Assembly (NCBI RefSeq): GCF_003918875.1
Contig: NW_025765592.1
Coordinates: forward strand, 310,001-374,000
Length of the DNA: 64,000 nt
Direction of reading: 5' to 3'
Source: Haliotis rubra
Taxonomy: Eukaryota
The notes under the pieces were generated by a model that was not told the DNA's origin, ran no database searches, and saw only the letters and a list, made by a program, of their open reading frames with translations. Shown here piece by piece: positions 34,393 through 48,640 of this stretch. The stretch's first letter is position 1, and the number at the start of each line of letters is the position of its first letter. Both the position numbers and the translations under genes were made by a program.

Positions 34393-37028
34393 ATGTGGAC
34401 AGGAATGAAACTTGCATTTGCGACGCTGGTGACGTTGTTGCTTGAGTTGCATGTTCCAAAAACACAGAAAGTGTCAACACTAAATGGCCTCTTCTAGGAC
34501 AACGTCTGTCAGTGTTGGGCAAGTCCCTTGACGTATTCTATGGAATCCCATATGCCAAGCCTCCTGTAGGTGATCTCCGATTCAAGCACCCTCAACCTTC
34601 AGAGTCATGGGGACCGGAAGTTAGAGATGCACAAAAACCGACGTCATCTTGCTTCCAACCAAAAAATGCTCATGGCAGTGATGAAAGTTACAAACAGATT
34701 CCCGATGATTACAGTGAAGACTGCCTTCATCTTACAGTGTGGGCGCCATCAGACAATGCTGGCAATCTGGCAGTGATGGTGTGGATCCACGGTGTAGGTT
34801 TTTATATTGGGATCTACAAGACTGCCACTGTATGAAGGAAAATACATTGCAGCAGAGAATGGAGTCATCGTTGTTTCAATGAATTACAGATTGGGGCCTT
34901 TAGGGTTCAGCTACCTTGGTCGAGATACCATCCCTGGCAACATGGGCTTGGTGGATCAAAGATTAGCCTTACAGTGGGTGAAAGACAATATTGCTAACTT
35001 TGGTGGAGATCCAAAACGGGTGACCATATTTGGAGAAAGTGCTGGTGGTGCAAGTGTAGGTCTACACCTGGCATCACCGCTGTCACGTGACCTGTTTGAC
35101 AGAGCAATAATGCAGAGTGGGACTCTCATCTCCCTATTTGCAGACCACATGCCCAAAACAGCAATACGGACACTGAAGAGACTTGCTGATCACCTTGAGT
35201 GCCCTTCATCTTCAACTGATGCAGAGATATATGAGTGCTTGAAGACAGTAGATGCACAAACTATGGCAGACCTTCAGCTAGGTTTGTTCGGTGAAGGAAT
35301 TGCATTTCGTCCAGTTGTGGATGGGTACTTCCTCCCCGATGACCCCAAAATTCTTCTGTCCACTGGCTCCATCAAGCAGACCAGTGTATTGCATGGTTTT
35401 ACTAAAGATGAGACAACACTGTTTTCTGCAATGATATTGAAGCAGATGAGAAACGTATCAACATTACCTGAATCACTCATTTTAAGTCGTCAAGAATATG
35501 ATAATTTTATTTCATTTGACATGCTCACTGGAACAGACATTGAAGAGCCTATTCGTCTGTTTTATGAAAGTCAGATACCCCTTCTAAAGGACACTGACTA
35601 TTTTGATGTCGTGACTCGCGCAACTTCGGATAGGGATTTAAGTGTCCTCATCTTGAGTTTGACAGATTATATTCTCCTGCTAACCCTACCTATGTCTACA
35701 GCTTTAATCATCGACTGTCAATTAGTCCGTATCCAAAGTGGATGGGAGCACCCCACTGGTACGAGCTTGACTTTGTTTTTGGTTGGGTTCTGGAAAAGTC
35801 TCTGGGATGTACAGAGGAGGAGATGGAACTCAGCAGGACCACCATGACGTACTGGACCAACTTTGCCAAGTCCGGGTGAGTGAGTGACTGAATGAGCGAA
35901 TGAAATATACATTCAATGATAAAAACGTTTTACTAAGTCACCCTTCTTTAAATTATACCACAGATAAATGTGTATAAAATAATCAAGATTTCTTTAAGTT
36001 TTCTTATGTGTATCCAGCGATCCAAACGCTCCTGTCCCCGTCAAGGTGAACTGGCCAGCCTCTGACAACACTGATCTCTCCTACATGGCCCTTGACGTGG
36101 GCAGCAAATTATCAGCAGGACATGGGGTAGTCCACCATGAATGTGTCTTCATCAACAGGATTCTACCCATGATTTCTAAAGGTAAATCTATAATGGTACA
36201 TTGGTTCCTGGTACACATAAATGAATATTTTTAGAAGTGACTTGGATACTTCTCTTGTTTGGTTGAATATTTACGATGATAAGTAATGTTGTTGATTTTC
36301 TTTAATTATCACGAATGGTTGGAACAGACTCGTTTATATTGGTAGTTGTTGATTCTCAAGTTAAAACAAAATAGTTAACAGGGACTCAGTCTGTACGAGA
36401 ATTGTGTGTGAAATTGAGAAACAAAAAAGATGTAATTAAACATTGTATTTCTTAAATTGTAAAGTCGCAAATCAATACAAAGACTTCACTTTGGGAGAGT
36501 GAGTGAGTGAGTTTAGTTTTACGCCCACACTCTGTAATATATGGCGGCGGCCAGTAAATAATCAAGTCTGGACAATCCTGTGATGAGCATCGATCTACAC
36601 AACTGGGATACGATGACACACTTTGGCAGAACAAAATAGAGTGGCAGTACAAAGTCAGAGGTATAATATAACAGTAGTGATTGTAGAAATAAAGACAATG
36701 ATGGTCATAGTGACCTGTCAGCAATAGAAATTCAACTTGGAAGAAAGGGCCAGGCAGAGAGTAAACAAAGTTTAAAGTGAACACTCACAATACTGGTCTT
36801 CTTGTGACTCGAGATGTGGTGTGAGATGAAAGGCAATAGCTAAGTAAGATTCACTGACTGAATCTACAGGTACAAAGTATACCTTGAAACATTGTTGCAC
36901 AACGTTTAACACCGCCTCATGGCAGCATGTTCATGCCAATATGTTCCATAGTGCAGCTATGGAAATTATGAATTCATGGTTGTGTTTCAGACCCACCGGA
37001 GGGGCAGGAGTACTGCACAAGAGGATGA
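34393..37028 (+). pseudogene. Cholinesterase-like paralog D pseudogene (exons 34393-35875, 36018-36181, 36991-37028)
   Basis: A 1-bp deletion gives TAG at 34495-34497 (shared with D'). The exon-1 donor is changed to AG|ATAAGT at 29749 (also shared). The oxyanion loop reads GVG, and there are further indels near 34810 and 35635. Confidence 0.85.
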
Positions 37029-37733
37029 AAGGACAGCATCATACTAATCTGACCCAAGTTAAAATACTGATACATCATTAACTTTTAAAGCTGTTTTGAA
37101 CTGTATCTGGAGTCCCCACAGATATTGTGATGCTGTTTATACAGCTTAACCGCCAATCACAGTCACTTCCACAATCACCCGACCACAGCCAATACACCTA
37201 TCAAAGACTTCGTGGAATAATTGTGTTGTTCCTCATGGTTTCATGTTAAATCTATTTTACATACTGCGCCACGTAAGTGATCTGGTTTAGATACGTTATC
37301 GACTGAGGCAAGTCAATTGGCGTATGTGTGGTAGCTGCATTGGTAACCAGATTTTATGTATCATATTTGCATTGTTAAGTGTAATTATGTATGCGATATG
37401 CACTGACTAGTCAACTGGCACAGTTGCTATCTTCTCATACAAGTCAACTGCTATACACGTGAGTCGACTATACGAGTAAGTCAGCTGGTCTACAGAGGTG
37501 CATTGCCTGGATATGACAACATAAAGATATGGTGTAAACGTATTTAAAAAAACATTTTTCACACCAAGTAACCCATGAAGATCTGGGTCATAAGAGACGA
37601 TGAAACGGATCGTGTGGGTGCATCACCGTATCCCATTTAACATGGGTACATGTTCATGATGTCAATCACTGGATGATTGGTCCACAGACCTCAACCACCA
37701 CGACTCCAACAAAAATGGAAATATGACAACTGC

Positions 37734-38092
37734 TAGTCTAGACTGTGGACGCTGTGTACCCCTCTAATTGGCACGGCTCCCGCGGCCGACAACATCCACT
37801 TGTCCGACTTCCATTTCTGTGGAAGTCGCGGTGGCTGACCGGGCTAGCGGCTGACTTTGTGTGATGGCGATTAGGTACCTGACTCTGAGGGTGTGGGTTC
37901 GAATTCCGCATGGGGCTTAACCCAACAAAAGTACTAGAATCTGCACTTTGCTAAGAAAGTGTAATCCCAAATATAACATGTGTTACATTTGACCACTCTC
38001 TAAATGGCATAGTGTAATAATAGCTTTCGGCCGTGGGAGCCGTGCCAATTAACGTTTATCAGAGGGGTACACAAAGTCCGCACTCTAGGCTA
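37734..38092. mobile_element. Short TIR element with TAG...CTA ends enclosing a tRNA-like repeat
   Basis: The left end tagtctagactgtggacgctgtgtacccctct..aattggcacggctccc is mirrored at 38026-38092. The internal A/B-box repeat (37796-37986) recurs at 38093-38284. Confidence 0.55.
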
Positions 38093-38837
38093 CCAGTTGT
38101 CCGACTTCCATATTTGTGGAAGTCGCGATGGCTAAGCGGGTTAGGTGTCTGTCTTTGTGTGCTGGCGAATAGGTGCCTAATTGTGAGGGTGTGGGTTCGA
38201 ATCCCTCATGGTACTCAATCCAACAAAAGTACACGAATCTGTACTTTACTAAGAACGTGTAATCCCAAATATAACACATGTTACCAGATAAATAAACAAA
38301 CAAACAAACAAACCCATTACAGGGTTACACTAGTTTTTTTTAAAAAAACAGTGAACTGAAATTTCATTCAAATAAACTTTAAACTGATTTCGAAAGTCAA
38401 TTTGTACGAAATTTCAGTTGCCTTGATGTGGCTTGAAAGCTTTGCAGGTGTCAGACGTTTACACAACAGGTGAAATCCACAGGCATGGATATGGTGACTA
38501 TAACCAAATAGACATGATTGTACAACGCATTAAACGTAGGGGGTATTGAATACAAATGTGTTACAAATATTGACATTTTATCATGAAAAATATAGTGTAA
38601 AAGGGACATTGGCCAAACCTACATCCTGTCCATCACGATATATTTACCATGAAGAGTCAAAATCATAAATACCGTTTGAATCTGCCTCTATTCTCAAGAC
38701 AATCTCGGATTCGTCGAGACATACTTTTCGTCAAATGTCCAATGTAAACTTGGTTCATTCTATCCCATTCTTCCTGCAGCTCTTCGTCAAGTTCATTAAG
38801 AGTGGTGGGTGGTTGTTTACTCCGTCTAAGGATATCC

Positions 38838-39640
38838 CAGGTTATGTTCTCCTCCTGGAGGTTATGTTCTCCTCCTGGAGCTTATTTTCTCCTCCTGGAG
38901 GTTGTGTTCTCCTCCTGGAGGATGTGTCCTCCTCCTGGATGTTATGTTCTCCTCCTGGAGGATGTGTTCTCTTCCTGGAGGATATGTTCTTCTCCTGGAG
39001 ATTATATTCTCATCCTGAAGGATGTGTTCTCCTACTGGAGGATATGTTCTCCTCCTGGAGGATATGTTCTCCTCCTGAAGGGTATGTTCTCCTCCTGGAG
39101 GTTATGTTCTCCTCCTGGAGGATATGTTCTCCTCCTGGAGGATGTGTTCTCCTCCTGGAGGTTATTTTCTCCTCCTGGAGGTTGTGTTCTCCTCCTGGAG
39201 GTTATGTTCTCCTCCTATAGGTTATGTTCTCCTCCTGGAGGATATGTTCTCCTCCTGGGGTTATGTTCTCCTCCTGGAGGATGTGTTCTCCTCCTGGAGG
39301 TTATTTTCTCCTCCTGGAGGTTGTGTTCTCCTCCTGGAGGTTATGTTCTCCTCCTATAGGTTATGTTCTCCTCCTGGAGGATATGTTCTCCTCCTGGGGG
39401 TTATGGTCTCCTCCTGGGGGCTATGTTCTCCTCCTGGAGGATTTGTTCTTCTCCTGGAGCTTATTTTCTCCTCCTGGAGGTTGTGTTCTCCTCCTGGAGG
39501 TTGTGTTCTCCTCCTGGATGTTATGTTCTCCTCCTGGAGGATGTGTTCTCTTCCTGGAGGATATGTTCTTCTCCTGGAGATTATATTCTCATCCTGAAGG
39601 ATGTGTTCTCCTACTGAAAGATATGTTATCCTACTGGAGG
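38838..39640. repeat. 20-bp minisatellite (gttatgttctcctcctggag)n, ~40 copies
   Basis: Direct inspection of the 20-bp periodicity. Confidence 0.95.
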
Positions 39641-42215
39641 TACTCCGTAACAACTACGATGTATCTCAGTAATGTGACGTACGCTAATCGTAGGATAACA
39701 TGCGGAGGTTATTTATCACTGAAATGTGCAACACACTGACTCGTTTCACTGTATGTTTCAAAATCTACCCCAACCGCTTGCAAGAAATTCATAAGACATT
39801 TTCAATGGAATAATCAATTTTCTAACCCCATATACAATCACGCAACCTCGTTTCCAGTCACTCCCAAATGAAAATATTCCCTAATTTTTTAACAGTACAT
39901 ATAACATATAAATCAGAGGTAACTGAGTTAATATGACCAAGGTTGTTGAGCGGAGCTGCACCTTGACTTCAGGTGGAGAATCTGCAAGTCATCCAGCAAG
40001 GCCGCCCGCCTGATTACAGTATGTGTAGACTAGACTCAGGGGGACTTTGGCCATGCAGTCAATAGTGTTTGGAGGGGGATAGAATGACATGATTTTAACC
40101 ATGTTATCAAGCCAGACAGATACTTTAAGTCGTTTGCTACAACACATATGGATCCAGAAGCATTTCTTAGTGACCCAACAAAAAAGTAATAGATATAGTC
40201 GTCCATAAAACCCCATGCACTCATTTGTTCGTGATATATATCGTAGTGATTACTAAACAGCGGGTGAGTGGTTCATTGAGCGAGTGGTTGAGTGATCGGA
40301 TGATTGGTTGAGTGAGTGGTTGAGTGGTCGAGCGGTTGAGTGGGTGAGTGAGTGAGTGACTTTGGGTTATAAAGTTGAAAGTAATATACTGTTATAGAAC
40401 ACTCACTCACGTATGCACGCATTGACTCACTCACTCTAAAACCATTCAGTTCTCAATTGAACAGACATTCTGAACTCACCTATACCTTGTCAAAGACAGA
40501 TATCTTATGAACGCACCACTATTTGGCTTTATCACCACGCCTAAACACAACGCATCGGGTGCACGTGCGCAACGCAGTAGCTCCATACACGTGCATGGGG
40601 TGTCATTTTTATATTTTGACGGTTTTCAAAGTTATCGAAAAATCATTTTCACAATCATTTTGCATCACATTTTTCTAGCCGTTTTGGTTCTTTTTGGTTT
40701 GAAAATGAAAATCATATACATGCAAATTTCACGTCATACCTAAATCATCTTTCAAGAGCGATAACTGTACAAACAACTATGGTCATAAGAAAGTGCAAGT
40801 GGTGAACAGTCTCAAAACAGTCATTATTATAATATCAACATTCACTGACTCACATATATCTCCCAATTTTTTCAATCGTAAAATATAAATGAGGTTGCCC
40901 TACTTCTCTTGAGGAGCATATATCTGAGATTTTGCATGTCACGCTAACCAGGTCATATCACTGGTGTAACAGCGTCTGTGTGTACACCCCAGTACAGTGT
41001 CCACAGTACAACTATAGAGTCAGGTACAAGGTGAGTGTGTGATGATCAATGACATTCTGTTTTCCATCAAATACCATTCACGTATACTGTTGTCGAACTA
41101 TAGGTAATGTAACAGCGTCTATGTGTACACCCCAGTACAGTGTCCACAGTACAGCTGTAGAGTCAGGTACAAGGTGAGTGTCTAATGAAAAATGGTATTG
41201 TTGTCCTTCAAATACCGTTGACGTTTATATACTTGTCGAAATATAGGTAATGGCTAGCAGTGTTGTTACTCCAACAATTTATCTTTGAGGATTCAGTATG
41301 GATATACCTGCATACAAGAAGGATTGTATAATACTTACTCATACCCGGAGACATTCATGTTGTTTACAAGCGATTGTTCTTTTTAAAGTGGCAGTTACAC
41401 CTTCATGATTCTACTAGTAGACCTGTGTATTACTTACTCTTACCCGGAGACATTCATGTTGTTTACAAGCGATTGTTCTTTTTAAAGTGGCAGTTACACC
41501 TTCATGATTCTTGTCAATTTCATTGTGTAGTTTGTCTAATCAATATAAATACTTTCGGATGCGCCTCTGTTCAGTCAGAAACACAGGGGTACCGTTAAGG
41601 AATAGATTGTAATGTGACTGTGAACCGTATTCAGTTTACCTAAGAATGAAAATTAATGGCAGATTAATCCACAGACGAGGCCATAAAATTCACCAACCGT
41701 TTGACAATCTTGACCGCTGTGTCTCTTTTACATACAATGAAGTCATGTCTACCACGTCACCATACTTAACTTTTCAAATTGTATGTCTGTGTATTTCCTG
41801 TTCCACCATCACCGTTACAGTTCTTCAATGTAATTACAATGCCAGTACGAAATATAATGGCAGAGGTGACAACAAAGTCAATGATAAATAATACTCCCAC
41901 ATCAGCAACAGTGCTCAAGCTTCCAAAACAGACTTATACTAAATATCCGGGGTGAAAAGATGATGTTCACAGAATGATGGACACCGCTGTCCTCACGTGA
42001 CAATCTCAACATTGTTTTCCTGCTTTACACAGCCATATTACACGTACACAGACATATTGTTCTACTGATTTACACAGCAATATAACACGAACCATCTTGG
42101 TTATTAGTGTCACATTTCATGTGTAAAGAAACTGTGATTAACTAGGAACATGAACTGAAAAGGATCAAACGTTCAACTGTAAATCGTATTTTACAATTCA
42201 ATATCTTCTTTCAGA

Positions 42216-44943
42216 ATGTGGACAGGAATGAGACTTGCATTTGCGACGCTTGTTACGTTATTGCTGGTGTTGCCTACTGTGAAAACAAAGGAAGTGTCAA
42301 CTCTGAATGGCCCACTTCTAGGACAACGTCTGTCAGTGTTGGGCAAGTCTCTTGACGTATTCTATGGAATTCCATATGCCAAGCCTCCTGTAGGTGATCT
42401 CCGCTTCAAATACCCTCAGCCTTCAGAGTCATGGGGACCGGAAGTTAGAGATGCACAAAACCCGACGCCATCTTGCTTCCAACCAAAAAAATGCTCATGG
42501 CACTGATGAAAGTTACAAACAGATGCCCGATGATTACAGTGAAGACTGCCTTCACCTTACAGTGTGGGCGCCATCAGCCAATGCTGGCAATCTGGCAGTC
42601 ATGGTCTGGATCCACGGCGGAGCTTTTTTATATTGGATCTACAAGACTGCCACTGTATGAAGGAAAATACATTGCAGCAGAGAATGACGTCATCGTTGTT
42701 TCAATGAATTACAGATTGGGGCCTCTAGGGTTCAGTTACCTTGGTCCAGATACCATCCCTGGAAATATGGGCTTGGTGGATCAAAGATTAGCCTTACAGT
42801 GGGTGAAAGACAATATTGCCAACTTTGGTGGAGATCCAACCCGAGTCACCATATTTGGAGAAAGTGCTGGTGGTGCAAGTGTAGGTCTACACCTGGCATC
42901 ACCTTTGTCACGTGACCTGTTCGACAGAGCAATCACACAGAGTGGGACCCTCCTCTGCCCGTGGGCTTACACTTTTCCCAACACAGCAAAACAGAAACTG
43001 AAGAGATTTGCCAATCTCCTTGAATGCCCTTCATCTTCAACTGATACAGAGATATATGAGTGCTTGAAGACAGCAGATGCACAAACTATGGCAGACCTTC
43101 AGCTAGGTTTGTTCGATGAAGGAATTCCATTTCGTCCAGTTGTGGATGGGAACTTCCTCCCCCGATGACCCCAAAACTCTTCTGTCCACTGGCTCCATCA
43201 AGCAGACCAGTGTATTGCATGGTTTTACAAAGAACGAGATGACTCTGTTTTCTGCACTGACATTGAAGCAGATGAGAAAAGTATCTGCATTACCGGAAAC
43301 ATTGATTTTAAGTCGCACAGAATATGAAAGTCTTAAGTTTAGCATTGGAAATGTGGACGGAATCGAAGAACCTCTTCGCCTCTTTTATGAAAGTCAGAAA
43401 GCCCCCCCCTGAAAGAAAAAGACTATTTTGATGTCGTGACTCGAGCGAGTACGGATAAGGCAATGAAGTGTCCTCATCTTGAGTTTGACAGATTGTACTC
43501 TCCTGCCAACCCTACCTACGTGTACAGTTTTAATCACCGACTATCAGTTAGTCCGTTTCCACAGTGGATAGGAGCAGCCCACTGGTACGAGCTTGACTTT
43601 GTATTTGGTTGGGTCCTGGAAAAGTCTCTGGGATGTACAGAGGAGGAGATGGAACTCAGCAGAACCATCATGACGTACTGGACCAACTTTGCCAAGTCAG
43701 GGTGAGTGAGTGAGTGGTACATATGACTTATTGAGTCAATGATCGCCCTCAAACTTTTAAGACCTCTTAATCCTGAAAGAACAGCACAAAACACAAAGGA
43801 AACAACTTCTATCATTTTCATGTGTACAATGTCCAGAGACCATTTATGTTGTCCACTGGCGTTTTCAAAATGTGTCAAAAAACCTATTTCACCCTCTCCA
43901 ATTAACATGATACCAAACCCGTGGAGATCCGGTTTAGAATTGGTCTTCAGCAACTCATGTTTGTCGTAAGAGGAGACTAACGGGATCGGTTGGTCAGGCA
44001 CGATAACAAAGTTGAAACATGTCATTGCATACCACTGCATAGCTCCATGTTCATGCTATTGATCACTGGATTATCTGGACCAGGTTCGATTAATTACAGA
44101 TCGCCACCATATAGATGGAATAGTGCAGGGCCTCTTATATTAAACAACAAATGAACCAAACAAACAAATAAACAAAACATCCTAGAACTCTTTTATTTAC
44201 AGGAACCCGAACACTCCTGTCCCCGTCAAGGTGAACTGGCCAGCCTCTGACAACACTGATCTCTCCTACATGGCTCTTGACGTGGGCAGCAAATTAGCAG
44301 CAGGACACGGGGTAGTCCACCACGAATGTGTCTTCATCAACAAGATTGTCCCCATGATTTCTAAAGGTGATGTTCATGATGGATAGTTAAATGGGAATGG
44401 TCGGGACCGACAGGTATTTCGAGTTATGCATAATATTCGAGACGCCGGCATTCGACTCATCGGGATTTGACTGTAGTTGAATGGTTTCAGATGTGAATAG
44501 TTTCTCAAGTGATTATGATACTTATGTATACCAATACGTCCATACTGATCCACGGATACTGATTGGTTCGTGTCAACATGTTCATGCCCATATGTTAATG
44601 CTGATACCATCATGTTGATATGTTCGTAATGTTACCTTTAAACGGCTACGTTCATGCGGACATGTTCCTGCCCATATGTGTAGTCATCTCAGTGTTGAGC
44701 CTTGTTTCATGAAAGAAGTTTTACCCCCAACTCACTCAACTTTTCACTATAACCATCGCTGGAAGACGTATGAGTTAATACAAAAGGCACCTTTGTTTGT
44801 AACCAGATGGCAACAGCCCCTCCCCATGTCACGCCTGGTTTATCGTTGTGGATATTACACTGGACTGTAGCACGGCAAATAATGAGTCCATTTAATGCTT
44901 TTCAGACCCCCCTGAAGGGCAGGAATACTGCACGAGAGGATGA
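42216..44943 (+). CDS. Cholinesterase-like paralog B' (exons 42216-43701, 44203-44366, 44906-44943); frameshifted only in homopolymer runs
   Basis: Near-identical to B. The extra bases are in an A run (~42485-42491), a T run (~42624-42629) and C runs (~43159-43163; 43402-43409), totalling +5 nt. Confidence 0.75.
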
Positions 44944-47350
44944 AAGGACAGCATCACAATAATCAGACCTTGAGGAACATACAGTCGAGCACCGTTGTGT
45001 CGAACTCTAGATATAATTTCATGGTCCCAACAAACAAAATTACCCTTTTAACTCGACATTGGCAAGGAACTCGATATTCACCTTCTTTTCATAGGCAAGT
45101 ATCCCACTGAACGGACGTTGTTTCCACACATTTACACACGGTGCGGCATGAATCAAAGGGATGCGGTAGTGTAAACTAATTAGGGCTAATTGAGTTGAAG
45201 GTGTCACTTGTTTGTTATCTAATTAGGATTAATTAGGAAGGAATTAATTGGGAAGTACTCACTGATACGACTAAACACTACTGATAACGGATTATAGTTT
45301 CGAATCAAAACATACTAAGGAATCAACTGAGGGTTTTGTGTAATCGCAGTTGAGAATGTCGGTTGCGTTCACAAGATTTGTCGTGTATCGAGAGTGGTTA
45401 TCTACTATCGCCTTCATGCCACCACCAAATGCCCGTCAGTCTAAAGATTTAGATCCAACTTTTGTATGATTCAAGAGGTGTACCTTGTGTGCCGTAACAT
45501 TGCGATCCCTGTGAGTAAAAATGTATATACAAATATATATACATAAAATCTACTTTTTCTTTTCTTTCTTTCATAGTGATAGGTGATGATATGCCCTGGT
45601 CGGATGTCTCGAAGTTCGGATAACTCGATATTCTTTCTTGGTCCCGTGAATATCGAGACAACGGTGCTCGACTGTATACAGCGGGTGGCCATATTATAAC
45701 GTACAAACACGGCGGACCGATTGTTTACACGGGAATTAAGAGTGTCATAACTCGTCAAATATAAACAGTCTTACCTCAATATTTTGTGATGTGTCCCTTG
45801 TTCCTTATTATTTTCAACATCCACCTTGGAATCGATGAATATACATTTCTGATGAAATCGAGGGCAATATTTTCCAAGTTGCCCCGCACTTCGTGTTCCA
45901 AGTAGGCAGCCGACTGAATGTTTCTTCGGCGTCCCTGAAGTCTATTCTTCAGGTAGAGCCAACAGTTCTCAATAATATTTGCGTCTAGACTCTGTGCAGG
46001 CCGCAACATTCCATTAATGTAATTTTGTCGCTTGTAATCCTGAACGACATGGGCCCGATGTACAGGGGCGTTTTCATATTGGAAGATGTACCGGTTTCCC
46101 GGCAAATGTCTGGCTATAACGGGCCAAAACATATCATCGAGGATTTCTGTGTATTTCTGAGCATTTATGTTGCCATTAACAACACAAAAGGTACCAACGC
46201 CATGCCAGGTGATACAACCCCACACCATCAATCTGACGCGTGGCTGTCGTCCCGGACAAAGACATTGCGGGAGGAATTCTTCATCGGGCTGTCTCCAAAC
46301 AAAAACGCGATTGTTTTCCCCAATGATAATTTTACACTCGTCAGGGAAGATCACTCGATTCCAGTAATGATTCACTGTACGATATCGTTGCCCCCTTGCC
46401 TAGGCCAAACGATTTCTGACATTATAGTCACGAATTCAGATTTTCTTTCTAACAACACGTCTATGAAATATATTTTCATATAATCGTCTCCTTACAGTCC
46501 TCACCGATACACGTGGTAGCCCAATTGTTGTTCAAATTCTCAGTTATTCACCCAAAGGTGAAATCCTATTGTGTCTGACCAACCTCAAAAGTTGTCGATT
46601 GTCCCAAAGAGTCAGTTCCCTCATACGGCCTGTTCTGAGAGCATTTTCGTCGATTAAACCGCTTTACCACCGAATATACGCTGCTTCGGGGCATTCCAAA
46701 GAATTTTGCAATGTTAGAACATTTTCAATTACTTTTTTTACAATTAATTTCTTAAGTGACTCCGACAAATTAGCCGATTTCCCCATTGTTACCGGAAATA
46801 GCTAGAATATGTAGCAGACAACAAGTGGATTAAAAAAAAAGTCACGTGACAGACACGTGACATCATGGTCGATCATATGACAAGATATTACTGTATGTCA
46901 TTATCATTATTGAAGCCTCTTTAAACTGTACTGAGGAAGCAAAGTCACAGACATAGAATGCCACTCTGCATGGATGTTGTGACGTCTTTTACACTGCTAA
47001 GTCATCCGTGTCTACAGCCACTACCTCTACCACTCCCAAACATACCTCCCAAGGACGCCATGGTATAAATAGTCCAAGTACATTTTATTATTCCTCACGG
47101 CTCCACGTCAGGACGTCAATTTGTACCCGTGCCTACATTATATACTCAGAAAAGTCAACATGTCAATCAACTGCTCTGAAAGTCACTTGGTACAATAGTT
47201 AACAACTCTGGTAAGTCAAATGACATCACATTTACCACACCCTATATACCTATCAATATATCAATAATCTAATTATAGTTTGTTATTCCTCACAGTTTCA
47301 TGTCAGGAAGTCCGATAGTGCCTAACGCATACACTCAGGGAAGTCAAGTG

Positions 47351-48640
47351 TCTGCTCGGACAAGTCACTTGGTACATGTGTTATCCAGCAAGTCAACTAC
47401 CGTAGACATTATATACTCAGAGAAGTCAACTGGTGTGTGAACTATCTGCTCGGACAAGTCACTTGGTACTTGTGTTATCCAGCAAGTCAACTACCGTAGA
47501 CATTATATACTCAGAGAAGTCAACTGGTATGTAAACTATCTGCTCGGACAAGTCACTTGGTACATGTGTTATCCAGCAAGTCAACTACCGTAGACATTAT
47601 GTACTCAGAGAAGTCAACTGGTATGTAAACTATCTGCTCGGACAAGTCACTTGGTACTTGTGTTATCCAGCAAGTCAACTACCGTAGACATTATACACTC
47701 AGAGAAGTCAACTGGTATGTAAACTATCTGCTCGGACAAGTCACTTGGTACATGTGTTATCCAGCAAGTCAACTACCGTAGACATTATATACTCAGAGAA
47801 GTCAACTGGTATGTAAACTATCTGCTCGGACAAGTCACTTGGTACTTGTGTTATCCAGCAAGTCAACTACCGTAGACATTATATACTCAGAGAAGTCAAC
47901 TGGTATGTAAACTATCTGCTCGGACAAGTCACTTGGTACATGTGTTATCCAGCAAGTCAACTACCGTAGACATTATATACTCAGAGAAGTCAACTGGTAT
48001 GTAAACTATCTGCTCGGACAAGTCACTTGGTACTTGTGTTATCAAGCAAGTCAACTACCGTAGACATTATATACTCAGAGAAGTCAACTGGTATGTAAAC
48101 TATCTGCTCGGACAAGTCACTTGGTACTTGTGTTATCCAGCAACTCAACTACCGTAGACATTATATACTCAGAGAAGTCAACTGGTATGTAAACTATCTG
48201 CTCGGACAAGTCACTTGGTACTTGTGTTATCCAGCAAGTCAACTACCGTAGACATTATATACTCAGAGAAGTCAACTGGTATGTAAACTATCTGCTCGGA
48301 CAAGTCACTTGGTACTTGTGTTATCAAGCAAGTCAACTACCGTAGACATTATATACTCAGAGAAGTCAACTGGTATGTAAACTGTCTGCTCGGACAAGTC
48401 ACTTGGTACTTGTGTTATCCAGCAAGTCAACTACCGTAGACATTATATACTCAGAGAAGTCAACTGGTATGTAAACTATCTGCTCGGACAAGTCACTTGG
48501 TACTTGTGTTATCCAGCAAGTCAACTACCGTAGACATTATATACTCAGAGAAGTCAACTGGTATGTAAACTATCTGCTCGGACAAGTCACTTGGTACTTG
48601 TGTTATCCAGCAAGTCAACTACCGTAGACATTATATATTT
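47351..48640. repeat. 94-bp minisatellite, ~14 copies
   Basis: Units start from 47351 to 48573 at 94-bp spacing. Confidence 0.95.

Larger units (their letters stand above)
12587..37187 (+). repeat. First copy of a ~25-28 kb tandem block (genes B, C, D)
   Basis: Colinear with 40262-64000. Offsets are 27840 (B), 27262 (C) and 26806 (D); the differences are explained by satellites and insertions. Confidence 0.95.

Noticed and set aside
38735-39739. Overlapping 150-185 aa ORFs (SSWRLCSPPGG...)
   Set aside because: A 20-bp repeat that is not a multiple of three; no coding signature.
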